Assembly: GCA_965603705.1 (NCBI GenBank)
Contig: CBFDDY010000002.1
Coordinates: forward strand, 1 to 44,223
Length of the DNA stretch: 44,223 nucleotides
Reading direction: 5' to 3'
Source of the DNA: an uncultured bacterium
Lineage (GTDB): Bacteria; Acidobacteriota; Aminicenantia; Aminicenantales; Aminicenantaceae
Numbering within the stretch: position 1 is the first letter of the stretch; the number at the start of each line of letters is the position of its first letter. Position numbers and translations under genes: made by a program. Positions 31,791 to 39,003 of the stretch are shown here, one piece after another. The notes under the pieces were generated by a model. It was not told the DNA's origin. It saw only the letters and a list, made by a program, of their open reading frames with translations, and ran no database searches.

Positions 31791-33102
31791 TATGGAGTTT
31801 TTCAGCGATTATCGAGATTTTTCTGGGAATTTTATAATTTTCCAGTATCTGGCTGCAATTTTGTTGTAGACGCAAAAAAAATTTTTTTTGGTCTTCACAT
31901 TCAAATAACCTTACTTTGGCGCAGACGATATTACCAGTAATAAAATTTTTCTCTCCATAGACCGTTACTTCGGCCACATTCTCCATTTCTAGGATCACAC
32001 TTTCTACTTCAGAAGGATACACTTTTTCTCCCCCCACATTGATAATTTCTGACTGTCTGCCTAGAATTTTGATAAAGTCTCCGTCTGTCAATACATAATC
32101 TCCTGTATTAAACCAGCCATCTTCGGTGAAAGGGCTCTCGGCATTGAGATAACCGAGCATAGCAGATTTGGCTTTAATCTGAAGGATTCCCTTAACAATC
32201 CGTGTTTGGAAGCCCTCACCCCCCACTTTTACCCAAAGCGAATCCGAACTTTTTGATTTCGAGCGGAGAATGCCAAGCTCGGAAAGCCCATAGGTCTGCA
32301 ATAATCGGATTTTTGGGAAGAGCTTATGAAACTTTTTTAAAGTACTTTCAGCCATCGGTTCTGTGCCATAGGTCACTGTTTTAAGTGAATCTAGCGTGTA
32401 TCTTGTATAGGCCTCACTTAAAAGGATCAGGTTAATGAAAGTGGGTGAAGTCGGGAGTAGTTCTACCCGGTATTTTTCTACAGCACTAAGGACTCTATCT
32501 GGATTGCGGTCCTGGACCGTGACGATACATCCGGTATTGGACAGAGTGTAGAGCATGGTATTTACCCCGCCGATATGGTCGTATAGCAGGAAAGTGATGG
32601 TCCTTAAAGAACTTCTCGGCACTTTGAATTTTTCTAATAAATTTTTCATATCATGTACGGCAGCTTTACTCTTTCCTGTCGATCCGGAAGAAAAAAGCAC
32701 AAGCCCGGGATGATTCAATTGTCTGAGTTTTCTAAAAAACTTATGATCAGCTTTACGGGAAAGCGACATTATCTCAACCTTATCACTATCACCTAAAAAA
32801 AAAGCGACTTCTCCCTGGGCAATTTCCATAAATGTATGCTTTTTGGCAGCAACAGTACTCGTAAGCGGGACTAAGATACAGCTATGCTCAAGTAAACATA
32901 AAAAAAGAGCAACAGCATTTGGAGAAAAATCCCCCTCCAGAATCACAACTGTGCCCTTAGGGATACTCCGTTTTTTGAGCTTTTCTTTCCAGTTTTGTAT
33001 CCGCTCCAAAAGCCAGCCATAGCTATATGCCTTATCGTTCCAGATAATGGCGTCTTTGCTTTTATTGTGTTCAAACTTTTGCAGCATAAAATCTATGAAC
33101 AC
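31747..33102 (-). CDS. ANL-superfamily adenylate-forming enzyme (acyl-CoA/acyl-ACP ligase)
   Basis: LFSSGSTGKSKAAV (P-loop/A3 motif), YGLSE, NTGDY and GRQSEIINVGGEKVYPSEVE (A8). The GTG start overlaps the TAG stop of the SDR gene by 1 nt. An alternative ATG lies at 33085. Confidence 0.85.
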   Translation of the reverse strand: MFIDFMLQKFEHNKSKDAIIWNDKAYSYGWLLERIQNWKEKLKKRSIPKGTVVILEGDFSPNAVALFLCLLEHSCILVPLTSTVAAKKHTFMEIAQGEVAFFLGDSDKVEIMSLSRKADHKFFRKLRQLNHPGLVLFSSGSTGKSKAAVHDMKNLLEKFKVPRSSLRTITFLLYDHIGGVNTMLYTLSNTGCIVTVQDRNPDRVLSAVEKYRVELLPTSPTFINLILLSEAYTRYTLDSLKTVTYGTEPMAESTLKKFHKLFPKIRLLQTYGLSELGILRSKSKSSDSLWVKVGGEGFQTRIVKGILQIKAKSAMLGYLNAESPFTEDGWFNTGDYVLTDGDFIKILGRQSEIINVGGEKVYPSEVESVILEMENVAEVTVYGEKNFITGNIVCAKVRLFECEDQKKFFLRLQQNCSQILENYKIPRKISIIAEKLHSDRFKKVRSLSCND

Positions 33103-33803
33103 TAAATTCCCCCAAGATAAATAACCTGCCCTGTCACAAAATCACTTTCGGGGCGGAGGAAAAAATCAGTTACATTGGAGATGTCTCTCAGCTCACCATA
33201 ACGATTGATGGCTTGGCGCTGAATCAATGCCGCTAGTTTTTTCTCAGACAGTGACTTAATCAAATCCGTCTTTATAGGAGTCGGGCCAATAGCATTAACC
33301 GTAATGTTATCAGCACCCAATTCTCTAGCCAATACACGGGTTAAAGTCTCAATCGCAGACTTGGAAGAAGCATACACTGCCTCTCCTGCCAACGATAAAG
33401 GAACCGCCACCGTCGTGAAGTTGACGATCCGCCCAAACTTGTTTTTTCTCATCAGCTTTGCAGCTTCTCTGCAGAATAAAAAAGTTCCGAAATAATTTGT
33501 TTCAAAAATCTTCCTTACGGTTGCAAGAGGAGTAAGTAGGGCATGGTTCATTGAGGCAATACCGGCATTATTGATTAAAACATCTAAATGATGATAGGTT
33601 TTATAGAGTTCTGCAAACAGCTCTTTAACGCATTTTTCATCAGATACATCCAGACAGAAATGATGGTAGTTGGGAAACTGGGACTTCACCGGCCTCCGGC
33701 TGCAACCAATGACCTGATCTCCTTTTTCCGTATAGTATTTAGATAGATAATTTCCGATTCCCTTTCTCGTTCCTGTAATCAGGATCACTCGGTTTTTATC
33801 CAT
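33102..33803 (-). CDS. Classical short-chain dehydrogenase/reductase, 3-oxoacyl-ACP reductase (FabG)-like
   Basis: ILITGTRKGIGN (TGxxxGIG), NNAG and YASSKSAIE (YxxxK). It overlaps the ACP gene by 8 nt. Confidence 0.85.
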   Translation of the reverse strand: MDKNRVILITGTRKGIGNYLSKYYTEKGDQVIGCSRRPVKSQFPNYHHFCLDVSDEKCVKELFAELYKTYHHLDVLINNAGIASMNHALLTPLATVRKIFETNYFGTFLFCREAAKLMRKNKFGRIVNFTTVAVPLSLAGEAVYASSKSAIETLTRVLARELGADNITVNAIGPTPIKTDLIKSLSEKKLAALIQRQAINRYGELRDISNVTDFFLRPESDFVTGQVIYLGGI

Positions 33804-34104
33804 CTTTTTTCTCTTCCAGAAGCTGACGTATGTATTCTGCTAAAAAACCAACTGTCCGAAAAGGACTCTTCTTTTGCGACATTGCCTTTTCATCGGCCAG
33901 AGTCACGACCTTGTCCAACTTCTCCATTATTTTTTGTTCAACAGCCAAGATCAAGTCAACAAGCCCCAGAGAATCCAGCTGCCCGGAATAGCCGAACAAA
34001 ACCGTATCCTCCGATTTCTTCAGCTGAACTTCTTGGGAGCGTTGAAGATTTAAATCCTCAATGGCTTCGAAGATTATTTGCTCTATTCTATTTCCGTCAT
34101 CCAT
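33796..34104 (-). CDS. Acyl carrier protein
   Basis: 102 aa and acidic. QLDSLGLVDLILAVE contains the DSL phosphopantetheine-attachment serine motif. Confidence 0.8.
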   Translation of the reverse strand: MDDGNRIEQIIFEAIEDLNLQRSQEVQLKKSEDTVLFGYSGQLDSLGLVDLILAVEQKIMEKLDKVVTLADEKAMSQKKSPFRTVGFLAEYIRQLLEEKKDG

Positions 34105-34145
34105 TCGATTATCTCTTTATATACTCCTGCTAACGTTAATAAATC

Positions 34146-34174
34146 ATGCTAAACAAAATCAGCTATAGTGTCAA
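34146..34174 (-). promoter_or_regulatory. Sigma70-like promoter TTGACA-N17-TAGCAT
   Basis: On the minus strand, TTGACA is the complement of 34169-34174. A 17-nt spacer follows, then TAGCAT (complement of 34146-34151). A second TTGACA lies 11 nt further upstream. The promoter is about 40 nt upstream of the ACP ATG. Confidence 0.45.
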
Positions 34175-34266
34175 GGCATTGTCAAGCTGGATTCCCTCAA
34201 ATATTTTCTCGCTTTAAAAACTCTTAACGCTCTGGTAAAATATATATTTTGAGCTAATAACAATCC

Positions 34267-36930
34267 ATGCAAAAAATCATTAAAGCATTTTGCAAGTCAT
34301 CCTTCCTAATTATTTTCTTAGTGATTCTCTTAATGGCTATATCCTGTAAAAAAGACCGTATGCCTTTTCGTTTTATTGACAACCTAAGCCGAAATAATGT
34401 TATTCACTCCCCTTTAATCAATCTTATTGAACAATTAAAACAGGTTGAACAGAAACTCAAAATAGAAGAATTTTTCTTATTAGAGCTTAATCAGGAAAAA
34501 AATACATATTGGGCAATCCCTGCCTCGTTTCCTCTCTTGGGAGAGGATGAGTCAAAACCACCTGAGGGAATGAAAGTCATAAACAACAATCAAGAACTTA
34601 AATTTATTGGAAGCACTCAAAAAGCACCAACAGGGTGGAGCTGGACTAGAATGAAGCAGGTTATTCAACCAGAGATCTATTCAGATTATAAAGAATTTGC
34701 TTACAAGGATTGGATAATTCTTCCTAAGGATAAATATTTCAAGAGTCATGACCTCTATTTACCTCAAGGGGAAGTAAATTTTAAAATTTTTGCAGGAAGC
34801 GGGAAAGGAACTCTCTATTCTCCGGAAGTAAAAATCTTCCTAGATAATAATCTCTTAAAAAGCTTCATCATCAATCCAAGGAAAATCTATGATTTTAGTC
34901 ATAATGTTAAATCTGGGAAACATCAAATAAAAATCGGGTTTCAAACAACAAAATCATTGGTTTCTCATAATGAAAAAGAAAACCTAATTCTGGAAAAGAT
35001 CCAGATCAGCAGTGCTGACGATTTGATATTAATTAAACGTCCCCCCGGAAATAATAAGAAAAAACCTTCCGGAAATTATCAGGCTATATACTCCATCCTC
35101 AAAGAAAATCAAAAATTCCACCGTCTATACCAAATACAAAACGGATTTCACTTATTAGATTTAGGGTCAGGGGAAAATCCATATTTTATCAAGAAAAAAG
35201 TAAGAGTCGGTAATCAGACGCTAAATACAATTTTTGCTCCACCTGACAGCTGTTTTCAATTTAAACTAAGAATTCCAGAGTCTGCAACCCTGGATTTTAA
35301 ATACGGTTTATTAAAAGAGGCCTGGACCAAAAAAGGGGACGGAGTAAAATTTGAAATCATTCTTCATGAAAATGGTCAGCAAACTTTGCTATTTTCAAAA
35401 AACCTGAATCCTTTCGGAAGATCAGAAGAGCGAAAAATTTTTACAGAAAAGATTGATTTATCAGCCTACAAAAATAAAAAAGTAAAAATCAGTTTTATAA
35501 CCAATAAAAACAAAACCATAGTCAATGATTTGTCCTGCTGGTTCAATCCTGTGATTTTCCAAAACACATTGACAGACACATCGAATGATAAATTAAATAG
35601 AAAAAACAACATTATTATGATTTCTCTAGATACTCTAAGAGCAGATCATTTAGGGTGTTATGGTTATCATAGGAACACTAGCCCAAATATAGATGAATTA
35701 GCTGCTGACAGCGTTTTATTTGAACGTTGTTATAGCCATTCACCTCTGACATTGCCTTCGCACATGTCTATGTTGACCTCGCTATATCCTATTTCTCATA
35801 AGCTCTATGATAATTCTTCAGAAGCTGGTTTGGAACTTGATCCAAACATAAATACACTGGCCGATTATGTCAGAGAAAAAAACTATCTAACAGGTGCAAT
35901 TACCGGTGGAGGCTGGATAAGTGCTAAATTTGGATTTCCCAAGGGATTTGATTCTTACCTGGAAAACACAAGAAAAGTGAATGACTATCCAGAAAATCTC
36001 TTCAAACAAGCAAAAAATTGGATCAATACCTATAAAAATCAAAACTTCTTTCTATTTTTACATACCTATGAAATCCATGGCCCCTATTCCCCTCCTTCAC
36101 CTTATAATAAAATGTTTACACCAGAAGATGCTAAATGGGAATCAGTCGATCCCTATGAAATATTGCAGGAAAAGGAAGGCCAAATTCCCGTTCTAACGAA
36201 CAAGGAAAGAGATAACCTTATTTCTCTTTATGATGGTGAAATCCGGTACACAGATGAATGTTTAATAAAGCCTCTCATAAAAATGCTAAAAGAAACAAAC
36301 ATCTACAATAGAACTATGATAATTTTAACATCTGATCATGGAGAGGAGTTTTATGAACACCAAGGATGGCTTCATTTTGATACACTTTATGAGGAGGTTC
36401 TGCATATTCCTCTCATTATCAAACTCCCTAAATCACAAAACAGAAAAAAAAGAATCAGGAATGTCACCAGAGAAATCGACATTGGCCCCACTATCCTGGA
36501 TATCCTAAACATCAATTTTTCCGGCAGCCATTTTGACGGGAACAGCTTAGCAAAGATGATAGGAAATAAAGAAAAGGAATCCAGACTGTCGATCGGATAC
36601 AAATTTATTCCTCGATACAATAACCAGCACAATTATGTTTTTCTCCTCCAAAGAATATCCGCCCATACTGAAGGCTATAAACTCATCTTGAATGAGAAAG
36701 AATCAAGACAAGAAAGCCCTCCTTTTGATATTGAATTATATGACCTTGAGAATGACCCCAAAGAACAAAATAATTTGGCTGCAAAAGAAACAAAGCTAAA
36801 GCAAAGATTAGTAGAAATAATTAGGCCCTATTATTTAGAAGCTAAGAAGACCAAAAACGAGCTCTATCAAAAAGGAAAGCTCCATAAAGAACTGGAAGAA
36901 AGACTAAAAGCATTGGGCTATATCAAATAA
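34267..36930 (+). CDS. Sulfatase-fold hydrolase/transferase with Thr in the nucleophile position; ~440-aa N-terminal domain of unknown function; probable lipoprotein (paralog of 7577-9889)
   Basis: IIMISLDTLRADHLGCYGY, SHSPLTLPSHMSMLTSLYP (T-L-P-S-H where sulfatases have C-x-P-x-R) and LTSDHGEEFYEHQG. The leader ends LLMAISC. The C-terminus is RLKALGYIK. Confidence 0.8.
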   Translation: MQKIIKAFCKSSFLIIFLVILLMAISCKKDRMPFRFIDNLSRNNVIHSPLINLIEQLKQVEQKLKIEEFFLLELNQEKNTYWAIPASFPLLGEDESKPPEGMKVINNNQELKFIGSTQKAPTGWSWTRMKQVIQPEIYSDYKEFAYKDWIILPKDKYFKSHDLYLPQGEVNFKIFAGSGKGTLYSPEVKIFLDNNLLKSFIINPRKIYDFSHNVKSGKHQIKIGFQTTKSLVSHNEKENLILEKIQISSADDLILIKRPPGNNKKKPSGNYQAIYSILKENQKFHRLYQIQNGFHLLDLGSGENPYFIKKKVRVGNQTLNTIFAPPDSCFQFKLRIPESATLDFKYGLLKEAWTKKGDGVKFEIILHENGQQTLLFSKNLNPFGRSEERKIFTEKIDLSAYKNKKVKISFITNKNKTIVNDLSCWFNPVIFQNTLTDTSNDKLNRKNNIIMISLDTLRADHLGCYGYHRNTSPNIDELAADSVLFERCYSHSPLTLPSHMSMLTSLYPISHKLYDNSSEAGLELDPNINTLADYVREKNYLTGAITGGGWISAKFGFPKGFDSYLENTRKVNDYPENLFKQAKNWINTYKNQNFFLFLHTYEIHGPYSPPSPYNKMFTPEDAKWESVDPYEILQEKEGQIPVLTNKERDNLISLYDGEIRYTDECLIKPLIKMLKETNIYNRTMIILTSDHGEEFYEHQGWLHFDTLYEEVLHIPLIIKLPKSQNRKKRIRNVTREIDIGPTILDILNINFSGSHFDGNSLAKMIGNKEKESRLSIGYKFIPRYNNQHNYVFLLQRISAHTEGYKLILNEKESRQESPPFDIELYDLENDPKEQNNLAAKETKLKQRLVEIIRPYYLEAKKTKNELYQKGKLHKELEERLKALGYIK

Positions 36931-36961
36931 GATTCCCTTAAGATTCCTAGCAAAGCCCAAG

Positions 36962-36990
36962 TTGACAAAATCCTGAATTTCGATTATAAA
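36962..36990 (+). promoter_or_regulatory. Sigma70-like promoter TTGACA-N17-TATAAA
   Basis: TTGACA lies at 36962-36967, followed by a 17-nt spacer and TATAAA at 36985-36990. This is about 60 nt upstream of the TTG start at 37053. Confidence 0.5.
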
Positions 36991-37052
36991 AAGACTTCAT
37001 TTCTGTTAAACGTACAAACAGAAACTAGCATGGCCCTTCTGAGGAGGACAAA

Positions 37053-38123
37053 TTGAACAAGAAAAATATTTGTATGTACCTAATAATTGCTTTTATGACT
37101 TTACCTGCCATAATCTCAGCTCAATCCCCAACTGATTCTGAACTCTCTGAGATTATCATAAATAAAACAGAAAACCAGTTAGAAGTAAAATTAGTGATCA
37201 ACCCCATCTCAAACTATGAAAGCTTCACTCTTTTCAATCCCAACCGTTTAGTTATCGATTTATTGCAGGTTAATAGTTATTCCTGTGAGCCTGAAATCGA
37301 AATCAATGATTCCGGTGTTCAACGGATTAGAACTGCAAAAAACCAACCTGATGTAACCAGAGTTGTTTTTGACCTGGAAGAAAATATTCCTTCCTATTCT
37401 ATAGAAGAAAAAGAGGACGGGATCTTTATTTATTTCAAAATTGAACCGTTCATAGAAAAAAAGGAAGAAAAACCTGAGCCCGTGGTAGACAAAAAAGAGA
37501 AAAAGGAAAAACAAGAAGCTGAAAAACCTGCTGGCAAAGTTGAAGAAACTCCTATCCGGCCCGAAATTAAAAAAGTCATGGAAAGGGAACGGTTAGCCAG
37601 CAATAAAAAGCTCGGAATTTCTATCAACAGCGGCCTCTACTTCCCTCACGATGCAGACTTTCAGGATCTATATGGGTCAAATATGTTCTCCCCGGGAGGA
37701 GGATTAAGCCTCCTCTTCCCATTAAGCCCCAAAGAAGATCTAGGAATAGCTTTGGATTTTAATTATGTGGCCGCTAAAGGCAGCACTTCCTATACCGATG
37801 AAGAAATCAAGTTTTCAATGATGCCACTCTCATTAACTCTATTTTACTCGCCCCATTTCGGGAAATTCTCTCCTTTCGCAGGAATCGGAGGGGATTATTA
37901 TAGCTATAAAGAAGAATACCCGGAGACCTTTGCAATCACAGAAACAACCAGCTCATTACTCGGCTATAACCTTCTTTTGGGAACACATTTGCAAATAATC
38001 AAATCCATCGCTGTAAAAATCTATTTTAAGCTCCATATGGCTAAGAAAACAGAAAACGAAATCAAAACAAATCTAAGCGGTAACGAATACGGAATCAGTT
38101 TGATCTATTTTTTCAGTTTCTAA
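37053..38123 (+). CDS. Outer-membrane protein: N-terminal AMIN domain, Lys/Glu-rich linker, C-terminal 8-strand beta-barrel
   Basis: The TTG start lies 5 nt after GAGGAGG. Signal peptide ICMYLIIAFMTLPAIISAQ. AMIN-like block LEVKLVINP...LFNPNRLVIDLLQV...VQRIRTAKNQPDVTRVVFDLEE. Linker EKKEEKPEPVVDKKEKKEKQEAEKP. Eight amphipathic strands end in the OMP-type terminus ISLIYFFSF. Confidence 0.75.
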   Translation: MNKKNICMYLIIAFMTLPAIISAQSPTDSELSEIIINKTENQLEVKLVINPISNYESFTLFNPNRLVIDLLQVNSYSCEPEIEINDSGVQRIRTAKNQPDVTRVVFDLEENIPSYSIEEKEDGIFIYFKIEPFIEKKEEKPEPVVDKKEKKEKQEAEKPAGKVEETPIRPEIKKVMERERLASNKKLGISINSGLYFPHDADFQDLYGSNMFSPGGGLSLLFPLSPKEDLGIALDFNYVAAKGSTSYTDEEIKFSMMPLSLTLFYSPHFGKFSPFAGIGGDYYSYKEEYPETFAITETTSSLLGYNLLLGTHLQIIKSIAVKIYFKLHMAKKTENEIKTNLSGNEYGISLIYFFSF

Positions 38124-38147
38124 CCTCCTCCACCACAAGACTGTGAT

Positions 38148-38930
38148 ATGAGGAAGAGCCGCAAACACGCTCTAGGACAGCATTTTTTACACAATCAGCG
38201 CGTAATAGAAAAGATAGGACGCGGCATCAATCCCGGAAAAGATGACTTTATCATAGAGATCGGCGCGGGACGAGGCGCTCTGACTTCCCTTTTAGTAAAA
38301 AACGCAGGCAAAGTAATAGCCATCGAGAAAGACGAATCCTTAATCGTTTCTCTGCAGAAACTAAAATCCCCAAATTTGACCATCCTAAATGAGGATTTCC
38401 TTTACAGCGACCTAAGCCGGTTTGTTAAAGGCCAAAAATTCAAGCTGGTAGGGAATCTGCCTTATTCCCTTTCTTCCAGGATTCTATTCAAAGCACTTGC
38501 TGAAAAAAACAACCTGTCGGAATGCCACTTTCTCCTGCAAAAAGAAGTAGCTGAACGAGTATGTGCTCCTCCCGGTTCAAAAAAATATGCTCCAATTTCT
38601 ATTCTTTTTTATAACTTTTTTCTTAATACAATAAATTTCACAATCGCTCCCGGCTCTTTTCAACCCCCTCCAAAGGTATATTCCTCTTTTATTTCTCTAA
38701 TTAAAAGAGAAAGTCCTATTTTCATCCTTAAAGACGAAAGCCATTTCAAGTCTTTCTTAACAACTGCCTTCGGGCAAAGGCGAAAAAAGCTTTCAAATAA
38801 CCTGAAAGCTTTGAATTTTCCCCAGATCCAAATCGAACAGGCATTAAACATTACTGAGATAAACGGCAACCTCAGGCCGGAACAGGTCACACTGGAACAA
38901 TTCGTCAATCTTTTCAACCAACTTCAATAA
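38148..38930 (+). CDS. rsmA: 16S rRNA (adenine1518/1519-N6)-dimethyltransferase
   Basis: HALGQHFLHN, EIGAGRGALT (SAM motif I) and LVGNLPYSLSS (NLPY motif). Confidence 0.9.
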   Translation: MRKSRKHALGQHFLHNQRVIEKIGRGINPGKDDFIIEIGAGRGALTSLLVKNAGKVIAIEKDESLIVSLQKLKSPNLTILNEDFLYSDLSRFVKGQKFKLVGNLPYSLSSRILFKALAEKNNLSECHFLLQKEVAERVCAPPGSKKYAPISILFYNFFLNTINFTIAPGSFQPPPKVYSSFISLIKRESPIFILKDESHFKSFLTTAFGQRRKKLSNNLKALNFPQIQIEQALNITEINGNLRPEQVTLEQFVNLFNQLQ

Positions 38931-38986
38931 CTGGATTTCCTCTCCAATTTATTACTAACCTGAACTATCAGCTAAGGGCTAAAATA

Positions 38987-38995
38987 TGTTATAAT
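38987..38995 (+). promoter_or_regulatory. Extended -10 element TGtTATAAT
   Basis: TG lies at 38987-38988 and TATAAT at 38990-38995, only 8 nt before the ftsK ATG at 39004. The transcript would be leaderless or nearly so. Confidence 0.4.
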
Positions 38996-39003
38996 TTTTT
39001 TTA

